Source of the DNA: Chrysomallon squamiferum
Lineage: Eukaryota; Animalia; Mollusca
DNA: 64,000 nucleotides
NCBI GenBank assembly: GCA_012295275.1
Contig: CM022678.1
Coordinates: 11,718,001 to 11,782,000, forward strand
Direction of reading: 5' to 3'
Position 1 is the stretch's first letter. Each line of letters starts with the position of its first letter. Both the position numbers and the translations under genes were made by a program. This document shows, one piece after another, positions 13,845-28,080 of the stretch. A model generated the notes under the pieces. The model searched no databases. It was not told where the DNA came from and worked only from the letters and a program-made list of their open reading frames with translations.

Positions 13845-13930
13845 CAGGCTGTACATCGTAGGTTCGACTCTGCTAGGTGGCTCACACGATTTCATTGACG
13901 GGTATGTCAAAGGTCATGCTATGTAGGAAT
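13845..13930 (+). mobile_element. Degenerate SINE-like head with B-box GGTTCGACTC; similar heads near 12075-12135 and 22240-22280
   Basis: B-box-like GGTTCGACTC, GGATCGACTC and GGATCGAAAC without a cloverleaf. Confidence 0.3.
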
Positions 13931-14055
13931 AGACACACGCACACGTACGCACGGATGTTTCACAAAACGAGTCTGTGATTATTATATCTTCATGTTCTGT
14001 TAATAAGTCGACACGTCTGTTCAAGATAAATAATTACAGATGTGTTTCATATAGG

Positions 14056-14114
<59 letters not shown>

Positions 14115-14424
14115 TGTGTGTGTGTGTGTGTCAAGGAGATACATGAAAGAAGAATAAAAGGAGATAACTGAGGAGAGAGAAGAAAGGAAATCGCGACGTC
14201 TGTGTCTGTAACTCCCAGGAAGTTTTACATGAACGTCGCATTTACCTGAATGAAGTAGTACATCAAAGTGGCTTAGTGAGATATGTCATGGGAGAAAAAT
14301 AGCTTTAAAAAAAAAAAAAAAAAAAAACATGAGAATTACATGTGTAAGCTGAACATATCTTGTTTGAAAAACGCTGTATTTATGAATAATGAGAACATTT
14401 AATTTTGAGGACGAAACAATAATG

Positions 14425-14508
<84 letters not shown>

Positions 14509-14966
14509 GTATGCGCATGCTATAAAAGAGAGAGAATTAAAATAATTTATCTCTGAAAATAATGATCATAATAAATATATATGTCAGTTTATATATATAT
14601 ATAATAATAATAATAAAAAAGAAACGAAACAAAAAAAAAAAGAATTACGAAACACAAAAAGTCCATCTATCAACTTAAATATTAATTTCAGTTTATATAT
14701 TTTTTTTCTAATTACACTTCATCCATCTGTCTTTCAGTTTTCAAACTATCAGTCCATCTATCAACTAGCAGTTATATTTATTAATGTTGTGGTTATTACA
14801 GGTGTTGTTGATGAGGTTAATGTTGTTGTTCATGGTGGAAGTGGTGAAAATAATGGTAAAATTATTATGTAAATTGTACTTTTCTTTCTAAGGCTAATAT
14901 ATAGACAACAACAGCAACAGCAGTAACAACAACAACAACAATAACAAACAAAAAAAAAAATAAATA

Positions 14967-15026
<60 letters not shown>

Positions 15027-15555
15027 CGTTTACCTCTAAGTAAGTAAGACAGTCGAAACACAAAAATAACAAAACAATAAATAAATAAATAAGTTGAAGA
15101 GAAGAAGAAGACAAAAAGTCGCTAATTTGATAACTAAAACAACATTTTTAAATTACGCTCATTTGTAACCATATCCTAGAGTTTTGTAACAAAGCACGCT
15201 TACATTTTAGCAGCAGAAAGCCAAATGGACCGAGCGCTGTTGTAATGAACTACTTTCCTATCTCTGTATCAGTTACATGTTTCTGACATGTGTAAGTATC
15301 GCAGACAGAAAATGTTTTCGAGTGAGAAGTTCAAAACAATTATGAGCTAAGACTTGAAGATTATGCGCGTAATGGAAAAACCTAACTCACTTAGTACAAA
15401 TAAATTTTAAAAAGCGAAAACACAATATTGATGAACTTGAAATGGCTAATGTAGTTATGGGACGGATATCGTATGTCAAATTGCTGATTATAATAATTGT
15501 TTTATTTTTTATTTTTTTTTTTTTTTTTTTTTTCCATCTTGTAAAGAAAGGGAAA

Positions 15556-15872
15556 AAAGAACAAGAAGAGAAAAGGAATTGTTGTTATTTTGTTATAGTT
15601 TCATTTTTTTATTATTTATATAATAATTATAACAACAACAACAACAGCAGCAACAAAACAAAAAACAACAACTCAAATAGATGGGAAAATAAATGGAAAA
15701 GCTAAAAAAAAAAGAAAAAAATGAAGAACAAGAAGAGAAAAGAAATTTTACTTTATTTTTTATTTACACCTTTACTTTTATTATTTATTTATTATAACAA
15801 CAACAACAACAAAAAAAAAAAAAAAAAAACAACACAACAACAACAGCAACTCAAATAGATGGAAAAATAAAT
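15556..15872. repeat. Degenerate local tandem duplication (~170-180 bp)
   Basis: gaacaagaagagaaaag..(caa)n..aactcaaatagatgg(g)aaaataaat occurs twice in succession. Confidence 0.7.
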
Positions 15873-16073
15873 TTCAAATGATTATTTTTAGTAGCAGTAG
15901 TGAGGGTAATAGTATAATAGTTGTAGTAGTATTAGCAGTAGAGATAGTAGTAGTGGTAGTTGTGGTAGAAGTAGTAGTAGATGCTAGTAGAGATGGTGAT
16001 AGTGATAGCAGAATTAGTGATAATTGTAGTTGTTGCAGTTGTACTAATGAGATAAGGGGGAAAAGCAATAGCA

Positions 16074-16106
<33 letters not shown>

Positions 16107-16202
16107 AATTATAATGATGATGTGCATTATGATTGGGATGACAAGTAAAATAGAAACAAAAACAAAAACGAGAAATAAGAAAGAAAGAAAACAATAAAAT
16201 AA

Positions 16203-16233
<31 letters not shown>

Positions 16234-16689
16234 AAACGAAACACTGCTGTGAATGTTACTATTTAATAATTTACAATTTCAGTTTTTCTCCGACGTCACG
16301 AAATTGACGTCACGTAGTGTGCGATGCTTCGCGAACACTGGAAGAAGATGAAAGAGAAGAAGAAAGTCAAGGTCAAAGTTCGAACATCATTCAGATGTCC
16401 AGTTTCTTCAATTACTTCGCCGTATGCTAAATTACTGCGGCGAGGTAGTCTATCGCGTTAGTACTCGCCGAATTAGAGATCGCGCGCGCCAGTTCTGTCG
16501 TCTGCTAATGAAGTAAGTGAAAATAGATTTCCAGAACAAAAACGCCATAAGCCGACGTCTTATCAAATTGACTTTGCTGCAGTCCGAAATACCGGCGTCT
16601 GCCGCAAACTGACTGGAAACGTGCAGACGTTCGCAGTGGTTTGGTTGGGATATTTTAAAAGAATACGAGCTGGGTGATTAAGTCTGAAT

Positions 16690-16726
<37 letters not shown>

Positions 16727-17398
16727 AGACAGAGAAACAGAGAGATTATTATTATTAGTAGTAGTAGTGTTTGTGTCCGAGAGAATGTTTAAAAAAAAAA
16801 AAAGAAAAACAATTAATTAATTCATGATATATATATATAATTTTCCAGGTATTTATTTTAAATTGTAAATAGTGTTATCTAACTTTCAATCTATGTACAC
16901 GTGTGTTAGTCACTATTTATTTATATTAATACATATTTACAAAAGATTTTATTTCCACTGTTCATCTTTCCGCTGCGGACAATCTTCCAGTACACTTCAT
17001 CCCGCTGTATTATTTGTGGCACGCGCTGCACGTGCTGATCAGATCGCACCAAGGATCGCGGAGTATGAAACGAACGAGAAGAAGATAAGTAAACCTGCCA
17101 GTTTAAAAACAAAAAACTGAAATATTACACAAGTTAAAACAACACCTGTGAGTTGCACGTGCAGAAAGTGAACCAACTTGGCGCTGTTTATTTCCTAGAA
17201 ACACGTGCCACTACTAGACGGCGCTGCAGTAAGAAGAACGAGCAGACGGCAGAAACCATTAATTTTAAGTGGTTTTGTTTGAAAGATGTAGATATCTGGC
17301 TAGATAGATGGTTTTCTTTGTTCATTGTTTTAAGTGTTTGTAGTTTCTTTTTCATTTGTATTGCTCATAGTTGTATGGCAATAACTCTCCCCACTGTT

Positions 17399-17483
<85 letters not shown>

Positions 17484-17947
17484 GCTTGTTTGCTTGTCAG
17501 TAAAAAAAAAAAAAAAAAAACCTAAAAGAAACAAAACAAAAATTTATCATGGATTTAATTATAAACAGTGAAACTCTTCTATACACGCAGCTGACGCACA
17601 CACGCACAGATAGATATAGACATATACACCCCACATACCCATACATACACGTACATACACGGTCCTCACTAAATATCACTCAAACGATAAACACTTGAAC
17701 ACCCGCCCCCACGTTCAGTGTTGTCATCAATGAACAGCGAAAAACACCAGGAAGCCTAACAAGTCACCAAACAGTGAATTCACCTCTCCACTCAGAGCCG
17801 CGGGCGTCAGCGTCCACGTTGCGACTGATCTCCGCTGACAACAACAACTTCGCACTGCACCATTGTCAAACGCCAAGATCCGTGCACTTGAACGACGCTA
17901 AAGATGCGCGTTGATTTCGTGTTTTTCGCTTCTGCTAGGAAAGTAAA

Positions 17948-18056
17948 AAGCGAGAGAACAACGGCAATTAGCTGTATTTTCTCTCTCTGCTGCAGGTCAA
18001 AGCGAGAGAACAACGGCAATTAGCTGTATTTTCTCTCTCTGCTGCAGGTCAAAGCG
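17948..18056. repeat. Perfect 52-bp tandem duplication
   Basis: cgagagaacaacggcaattagctgtattttctctctctgctgcaggtcaaag at 17951 and 18003. Confidence 0.95.
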
Positions 18057-18158
18057 TTTGATGTGTTTGTCAGTGGAGGATTCCATCAGGACAGGAGAAG
18101 ACTGAATTCACTGGTCATTATGAGGTTGTGTAAGTGGACTAATGAGGATAAATCTGAG

Positions 18159-18930
18159 GACTGAATTATCTCACTGATAAGGATATGTTTATGGACTGAA
18201 TTATCTCACTGAAGGATATATCTGCACTGAATTATATCACAGAAGGATATATTTGTGGACTGAATTATCTCACTGATAAGGATATACCTGTGGACTGAAT
18301 TATCTCACTGATAAGGATATGTTTGTAGACTGAATTATCTCACTGATAAGGATATGTCTGTGGACTGAATTATCTCACTGATAAGGATATGTTTGTAGAC
18401 TGAATTATCTCACTGATAAGGATATACCTGTGGACTGAATTATCTCACTGATAAGGATATGTTTGTAGACTGAATTATCTCACTGATAAGGATATACCTG
18501 TGGACTGAATTATCTCACTGACAAGGATATGTTTGTAGACTGAATTATCTCACTGACAAGGATATGTTTGTAGACTGAATTATCTCACTGATAAGGATAT
18601 ACCTGTGGACTGAATTATCTCACTGATAAGGATATATTTGTGGACTGAATTATCTCACTGATAAGGATATGTCTGTGGACTGAATTATCTCACTGATAAG
18701 GATATGTTTGTAGACTGAATTATCTCACTGATAAGGATATACCTGTGGACTGAATTATCTCACTGATAAGGATATATTTGTGGACTGAATTATCTCACTG
18801 ATAAGGATATGTCTGTGGACTGAATTATCTCACTGATAAGGATATGTTTGTAGACTGAATTATCTCACTGATAAGGATATATTTGTGGACTGAATTATCT
18901 CACTGATAAGGATATACCTGTGGACTGATG
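18159..18930. repeat. 35-bp minisatellite, ~22 copies, with degenerate flanks (~18070-19070)
   Basis: Unit GACTGAATTATCTCACTGATAAGGATAT+7 variable nt; period 35 (18258 to 18293). Confidence 0.95.
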
Positions 18931-19418
18931 AACATTTTATCAGTGGACTGAAAAACACAAGAGTGTAAAGGATATAATCAGTGCACTCAATCATCTGACT
19001 GATAAGGATAAATGAGTGGACTAAGGATATATCCTGGACTGAATAATCTCCACTACTGAGAAGGATTCTGAGGTCTCGTGTCATCTGATTCAAAACGGGA
19101 ATGTAAATCGAAAGTGAATTAAAGCAATTATTTTTGTTGTGAGTATAAGTGCCAAATAAATTGTACTGAACTTTTGAAAAAAAAAAGAAAATAAAAATAA
19201 ATAAAAATAAAAAGGCTTGATACTGCTGTAGGAAGAGATACGTCATATTAAGTGAAAACGGACAAGAAAAAAGCGAATAAGAAGAAAATAACGACAAGAA
19301 TAAACTGGGAAACATAATGAATTTTTCTAAATGATAAAAACTTAAAAGGTTACTAAAATAAGATGGAGAAAATGGATGACGTAAACAATATGAGAATATT
19401 TACATATTTATTAAGAAA

Positions 19419-19475
<57 letters not shown>

Positions 19476-20016
19476 CTTATATAAGGCGGATGGTGGTGTT
19501 TTAGGGAAGAGTAATTTTTTTTATTTCAGTTTTCTAATTTACACACACACACACACATTTTATATATATGCATCTAAAATTGGAAATATAATATATACCT
19601 TTCTTAGAATCGAATCACAATTGCCGATATCAAATATAAAAACGAAAGAAAAACACCAAAAATAGAAAGATACAATAGCAGCACAAACAATGAAAACAGA
19701 AATAGCAGACGACACAAACGAGTGTGGATTATTCCGTCGCGAGCTGTCACGTGTCAGATTTCCTAGCAGCGCCCTCTCACTTCCAGCACCAGTCGACGTG
19801 ATTTCATAACAACTTTCAAATGGTGTATTTATATAGAACTGTCTTTTTCATTTTGTTCTGTTTTCTTCTTTGCGCTCTCAAAGAAAGACTGTAATTCTCC
19901 TAATTGTTACTAATTTTCGTTTTAAAAATAACGCTGGAACATCTTAAAATAACGAAAATGTTCCGAAAATAATTTCAAATTGTCTTTTTGTGGAAGACGC
20001 TTTTATTTTTAATTTA

Positions 20017-20053
<37 letters not shown>

Positions 20054-20959
20054 TTTTTTCATTTCTAGCAGACGTTTATTCCTTGTTATCGTTCAAAGAA
20101 AATTAAAAACAACAACAACACCAAAGCAACAAACAAAAAAGAACACGATCATCACCAACAACAACAACAACAACAAAATAACTATGTTAAACTTAATAAA
20201 TAAATAAGTACATGATGATAATAAGATTTACAAAAAAACCCCAAAACATCCACACGTACCTTTTCATGATATTTCAATATTTATACAACTATATGCTTAC
20301 ATGAACATTCATGCATGCACGTGTGTGTATGTGTGTGTAAATATATATATATATATATATACACACCCACACAATCAAAATACACACACATATATATACA
20401 CACACACACACACATACACACACGCTCACACGCATACACACATACAGATAGGCAGAAAAATAGGTAGAGAAATTGTTAAAGAAAAGAACCAAAAAAAGAA
20501 AGGAAAAGAAGAGATTGTTATGATGAAAGAACAAAGTAACGAACTGATATTACTATCTGCTGGCAGTTTTACATGCAGCGTCTGATAATTAACACTGATA
20601 CAAAGAAAAAGTAACAACCCACCAAAAAAAACAAAAAACAAAACAAAACGGAAGACGTCGATTTTAAACAAATGAAGATCGATTTGACAACGGCAGGAAA
20701 TGTAAGTGAAGATGGAACTGTAACAAGTACTAAACACAGAACAACGTTCTGAAAATAGAAACACTGCTGTCAACACAACTTATTTCGGAACGTGAAAACT
20801 GACTAACTCTCATAGTGTTATAGAAGCGGCGAAAAAACAAACAGAAAACAACAACAACAACATCGTAACACAGAAATATAACTTTTATAGTTTTCTATGC
20901 CATTTTCTGTCAGATTTTTTGCATGCTCTCTCTCTCTCTCTCTCTCCCTCCCTCCCTCC

Positions 20960-21108
<149 letters not shown>

Positions 21109-21487
21109 GTAGGTAGGTAGGTAGATAGACAGATCAATAAATGTTTATCATTTACTTTTAAGAAATGCAAAACTAACTGAAGTTTAGTTTTCAACATAAT
21201 CAATCACACATTTAGTCCGGTCTAATTCATTAAAAGCAAATGACAACAACTAATAAGAAAATTATCGCTAAGATAATGATCAATAAACACGACCGGAAGC
21301 CTGCACTTGTCATCGACTGATCAGAATTAATTTGTTACGCTTTCACGACCGTGTACCCGTCTGCGAGGAGAAAGGTAAATACAGACGAGTCTGAGCTAAA
21401 AATAGAACGTTAAACGAACTGATACGTGTCGCGTGGCGCTGTTCAGAAACGACTCCACATCGCGGATGATTGATGTCTCGTTTTTAT

Positions 21488-21564
<77 letters not shown>

Positions 21565-21827
21565 TCAAGACATATGATATACGCTTTGATGACCAAGTAA
21601 CGATGGAAATAAAGTTGCAGTTTCTTGCTGTGAATCTAGTAACTTGTGAGTGACTGTAACAGATTTCTTCTTAGACAAGTCTGAATATTAATAAAAGTCT
21701 GAACATTAAAATATGTTTCTATATTCTTCTCGTTTCATGTCTGTAGGTAGGATTATATTGAGGGAGTGTGATACAGTTAAAATATGGACAGACCCAAAAT
21801 TGTAAAAAAGGGACAGAGAGACGCAGC

Positions 21828-21918
<91 letters not shown>

Positions 21919-22333
21919 ATCATTCATTCATTAATTCATTTTATTTTCGTTCTATTCTTATCATCATTACATTCTGCGAAACCGGAAGTGGATAACGCTT
22001 GGTGTTAATACGTCTGGGAAGTCCTGTCAGATACATTTAGATCGCCACCTAGAAACAGAGTTATCTCCCTCTAGAGACCGTTCTCTCCAATTTATCAACA
22101 TCGTACAAACTACCACGTTTTACGTGTTCCTGGATTCAATTACATTAACCAGGATCTGGTCATAGATCACGTGACTCGCCGAAGTCACGCTACGCACGAC
22201 CAGACTGCTGACAGAGAGAGCCCGAGCTGTCGTACGTACCCGGATCGAAACTCCTCCAGGACCATCTGGGTTACATCTAACATTACTAAACGTTAACTTG
22301 GTTTTGTGCGTGAATTGTCTCGATATTTAGGTC

Positions 22334-22396
<63 letters not shown>

Positions 22397-22491
22397 TATT
22401 AATTACGGAAAGAGAAACCTTAAGACTTCACATTATCAGCTAATAATCTATTTTCACAGTTATACAAAAACACAGTCAGAGAGAGAGAGAA

Positions 22492-22673
<182 letters not shown>

Positions 22674-22910
22674 AGTCTGTGAACATTACATTATTCAGAT
22701 TACATTCACAGGTGGGGGTTGCACTCTGAGACGGAGTCAACGAGGTCGGCGTGACGTTGCACACGAAGTGGCTCTTGTGACAGATAAACATGGTGTTAGA
22801 CGTTATTAATACGTGAAAACTGTAACAAAACACAAACAATTATTGACACAGATTTACAACCGATGAATGTCCGTGATACTACCTAGTGTTTAGTGTTAGT
22901 CAAGTGGTAG

Positions 22911-22921
22911 GATAATAATGA

Positions 22922-22952
<31 letters not shown>

Positions 22953-22956
22953 AATC

Positions 22957-23011
<55 letters not shown>

Positions 23012-23034
23012 TGATGATGATGATGATGATGATG

Positions 23035-23065
<31 letters not shown>

Positions 23066-23230
23066 TAATAATAATCAAAATAATAATAACAATAATAATA
23101 TTGATATTAATAATAATAATAATCATAACAACAACAACAACAACAATAATAATAATAATAATAATAATAAAGCTTGTTGTAGTAGTAGTTGTAGTAATAG
23201 TTTAGTATAATAGCGGTACTGGTAATAGCG

Positions 23231-23263
<33 letters not shown>

Positions 23264-23400
23264 TAGTAATTGCGGTAGTGATAGTAATAGTAATAGCTGG
23301 TAGTAGTAGCAGCAGCTGTAGTAATGGTAGAAGCTGCTGTAAAAGTATTAGTAGTTGTAAAGACAACCTCAGCAGTGATAGTTATAGCAGCTTTAGTAAT
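22911..23400. repeat. Compound (AAT)/(GAT)/(AGT) trinucleotide repeats
   Basis: Directly visible. Confidence 0.9.
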
Positions 23401-23506
23401 AAGAGAAGTTGAAGTAGTCGTTGTTGTAGTATTGTACTGACACTGTTGGTACTGCAGTGGAAAAGACACTGGTTACCTTCTTTCAGTTTGTTTCTATCTG
23501 TGTGAC

Positions 23507-23845
23507 TCACTGTATTTCAGATAAGTTAGATGTTCACTGTATTTCAGATAAGTTAGATGTTCACTGTGTTTCAGATAAGTTAGATGTTCACTGTGTTTCA
23601 GATAAGTTAGATGTTCACTGTATTTCAGATAAGTTAGATGTTCACTGTATTTCAGATAAGTTAGATGTTCACTGTGTTTCAGATAAGTTAGATGTTCACT
23701 GTGTTTCAGATAAGTTAGATGTTCACTGTGTTTCAGATAAGTTAGATGTTCACTGTGTTTCAGATAAGTTAGATGTTCACTGTATTTCAGATAAGTTAGA
23801 TGTTCACTGTATTTCAGATAAGTTAGATGTTCACTGTATTTCAGA
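23507..23845. repeat. 27-bp minisatellite, ~12.5 copies
   Basis: Unit TCACTGT(A/G)TTTCAGATAAGTTAGATGT; explains the HC(I/V)SDKLDV repeat ORF. Confidence 0.95.
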
Positions 23846-24405
23846 AAAAATTCACAGAAACAAGCAGTCGAAAGAAAGAATGAAAAAAAAAAACAAATAA
23901 AGAAAGGAAGAACCAATTTATAAGATAACAAACAAACAAACAATAAATAAATAAATAAATAAAAATACTTTAATGTCTTCAATGAAAATCGTTAGCTGAA
24001 AGAACTAACTAAATAAATAAACAGACAGTTAAATAAATAAATAAAATAAATAAATAAATAAACAATAAATAAATAAATAAATGAAGCGTCATGTTTATTT
24101 CCCACAGACAAAAGTTATCTTTTCATTTTCATTTTCTTCTGTTTTGACTTCCTCCTCCCCGCACTCACAAGCACCTTTTATAAAACTGAGATAACGCGTA
24201 CATAAATACTCTAGTATCACAAACACTAATTCGTGCACACAGAGATACCCTAGCATGGCTGGCTGTAAGTAATAACATCTCACACACTGTCTTAATTATT
24301 TTGTCAGACGTTAGAGTCCGTTCCAACCAAAGTGCTCTGAGTGTTTATATTTCCTTTTCTTTTCTCTTTCTCCTCTCTGTGACTTTCATTGTTCTTTAGC
24401 AAGTG

Positions 24406-24437
<32 letters not shown>

Positions 24438-24657
24438 TGTAGGCAGGTAGGTGCATGCATGCTTATATAAAATGATATGTACCTTTGTATGTGTATATAT
24501 ACATGCATATGTATATTAATACATTATAAATACATATATATACACACACATACATAAAAATAAATACTTACACGTACATATACATACATACATACATACA
24601 TACATACACATATACATACTATATATATATATATACACACATGCATGCATATATACA

Positions 24658-24695
<38 letters not shown>

Positions 24696-26805
24696 GCATG
24701 CATACATACATACATACCTAGCTACATTAATACATTTATACAGATACATAAATTCATATGAATACACATACATACAATTACATCATTACGACATACACAA
24801 CACATACATTAATACATACATACACACATACAAACATATACACATTGATACATCTATACACACACACACACACATACATACACATACATACAATTACATC
24901 ATTACGACATACACAACATATACATTAATACATACATACACACAAACAAACATATACACATTGATACGTCTATACACACACACACACACACATACATACA
25001 CATACATACAATTACATAATTACGACATTATCATCATCATCATCACCGTATTGCGTCATCGGCATCTGTTATATAGATATATATAGAAGCTATAAAACTA
25101 TATCTAACCCAGTGAACTGTAACATAGCCCCACACCCTTCATATTTAGATAAACATTCTTTTTTTTTTCACTCGACGATTGTTCATAGTATGATTACTAA
25201 GCCGTATCCAAGGCAACCGAGATTGGTACGTTGCGTTCTAGAGCCGCTAGACACTGGTGAATAGAAACAGAAGATGCGTTTCTTCAAGTCAGGGCTTAGC
25301 AAAGTAAATGTCTTCTCATCGAAACCTTCCTACTTCTTTCTCTCCTTATTTCTTTCATTGTTTGTTTCTTTATATGTGTTTTCGTTTCTTTCTTTCTTAT
25401 ATAAAATCTTTTTTTTTCGTACTCTGAATTATTGTTTGAATTTTTTTTTTCCATTAATTTCTGTCTTCATTATCTCTCTCTCTCTCTCACCATTTTTTCT
25501 CCTTCCGTCTACCTGTCTCTCTTTCTCTCTTTGTCTTGTATTTAAATCTCTATTTGTCTTGTATTTAAATTAGATAAATTTAAAATGAATATAATAAAGT
25601 AAGAGGTAATTGGACATTAGCGGACTATCTGTCCGTTTCTTCCTATCGTACGTCTATCACTTAAAGACTGGCGTGAAATACGTCGAGTATAAACTGTAGC
25701 TGATATCACTCGTACGCTACAGTTTATTTATAACTGAGCAAGATAGGTCTTTGTTTATGTTTACAGCATTTAACAGAGATTTCAAAAGTTTGTGTGATAA
25801 CTGTATTTGCTTTTCAGTATACTGTGTGCGTGCGTGCGTGCTTGCGTGTGTTTGTACATATGAATATGTATGTGTATATGTCTGTACGTATGTGTGTGTG
25901 TACAGATATGTGTGTGTACGTGTCTATATGTTTGTGTGTGTCTACGCATTGATGTCTGTGTGTGTGTGCATATGTACGTATGGACGTGTGGACATACGTG
26001 TGTATATGTATATTTAATCACGGAATTTTGATATACATCCATCGACCATCCCGTCATTTTTGTTTATTTATTTTAGCGGTTTAATGGGAAAGTGTGAATT
26101 TTTTGTTTTGTTTTCTCGAACATTCTCATAGCCTAATGTTCACTGTTTGGCACAGTCCTCTGCAGACTCAGCTCGCTTGTAACTACACTTTTATCACATC
26201 TGCTCAGACCTCGACTACTGTTAGCGAGAGAAACTTATCTTTATTGCGTTTTAATCTGCGCTATTTTGCCAGTGACGTAGAAGAGTTCAATTTTCTCGCT
26301 TTTAACATTTAACGCTGGTCATCGGACGACATTCTGCCAGAAGCGGAAGTGACGTGTGAACAAGGAACAGGTGCTTCTGGCTATTCATCCGATGTACGTG
26401 TTTATAATTACCTTGTAAAAACTAAATAACGAGAAGTCTAGGCTGGTACACAACGTTACCTGTTCACTCGGCAACTGAAAGCTTGGAAGATTTTTTTTTT
26501 TTTTCTTTTTTTCTTTTGCTGCAAGTAAGATGTGGGTGTTTTCTATAAACTTGATAAGAACTTGGAAGAAAAAAAAGAAAAAAAAAAGAAGAAAAATAAT
26601 TGGAGATAATAAAAGTGTAAGAATATCTTCTGATGCTATCAAACACGAAAAAAACAAAAACAAAAAAAAACAACAACAAACAATAGTAATACAAAACTAA
26701 AAAAAAAAAAAAACACACACACAAAAACAACAAACTAACAATAACAAACTCTCTCTATAAAACAATGATATATGAAGAGAACCATATAATATAAATATAT
26801 AAACA

Positions 26806-26906
<101 letters not shown>

Positions 26907-27997
26907 ATACAACGAAATATATTAGTAAATAAATTTTATTTGCCACTGGCAACACAATTAAATTACAATTAATGTTAATGTTATTGTTATTGTCATTGTT
27001 ATTATTTTTATTTTTATTGTTATTATTATTATTGTTATTATTATTATTATTATTTGTTCTCTGACTGAAATTCATTTAAATGTTTCAATGTGATACAGAC
27101 GTTATTGAAATCCCAATTGTGTTTGGTTGCATGGCATGGAATGGATTGATACTGCACAGTATGGGTATAGCATGTCATCGTATGATTAGGTATTGCTAAT
27201 GGTATGGTTTGGTACTGCTTTATTTCACATGGTATTGTATGATATGGTGTAATATGGTAAAGCGTGGTTTGGCTAATATAATATGACATATTTCAAGCGT
27301 GTACATTTTACAACAGTTTGAAACCATTTGACAACTAATTATATGAAGGATAAAAATAAAATAAAATGAAATAATTAATTTAAAAAAAGAAAGAAAGAAA
27401 AAAGACAGTTTAAAAGCTTAATACATTGATGTAATAAAAGACATTGTGAAATCTCGAAGGAACATAATGAAACTTTTTTGGACGAATTAAAAAATAGAAA
27501 GAAAGAAAGAAGGAAGGAAATGTAGAAAGAAAGAAAGAAAGAAGGAATGAAAGAAAGAGAAAAAAGGAAGAGAAAAAAGGAAGAGGAAAAATTAAATAAA
27601 AAAAAAGATTAAGTATGAATCAGATTTTGCCTTTTCAGGATTTGCCATCGCACTCTGGCTGTTTACTAGTTTTAAACATTTAAAAAAACAGCTGAAATCT
27701 GCAGACGTAAACATGCTCGTATTAACAAAATGTCAAAGTAATTGTTTCACTTGCTGAACGTAATTTTTCAAATTGTTTTTAGAGAACACGTGCTTGCTGA
27801 TAATGATGATAATGATGATGATGTTGTCGAGTGTGATATTAAAAATAATTTTATACATATTACTTTGATAATTAATAATTAGGAAATGGATGTAATTTAT
27901 TGTTATTGTTGTTATCATTATAATTTATTTATTTATGTATTTAACTTACTTACTAGCTTTGCATGGTGATATAGCAAAAACGTAGAAATGAACATGG

Positions 27998-28080
<83 letters not shown>

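Larger units (their letters stand above)
11502..14580. mobile_element. Segment bounded by ~75 bp inverted repeats plus inverted (CT)n/(GA)n tracts; possible non-autonomous TIR/foldback element
   Basis: 11502-11574 is the reverse complement of 14506-14580 with one substitution and one CT indel. Confidence 0.45.

Noticed and set aside
18159-18930. CRISPR-like appearance of the 35-bp palindromic array
   Set aside because: No unique spacers, only four 7-nt variants; no cas genes; eukaryotic context
23457-23982. Repeat-protein ORFs HCISDKLDV / SEHLTYLK, and likewise 30932-31510 and 39207-39752
   Set aside because: Open frames follow from unit lengths divisible by 3; no evidence of coding constraint
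25274-25310. Possible first coding exon MRFFKSGLSK/GTAAAT
   Set aside because: Weak donor and no downstream exon identified
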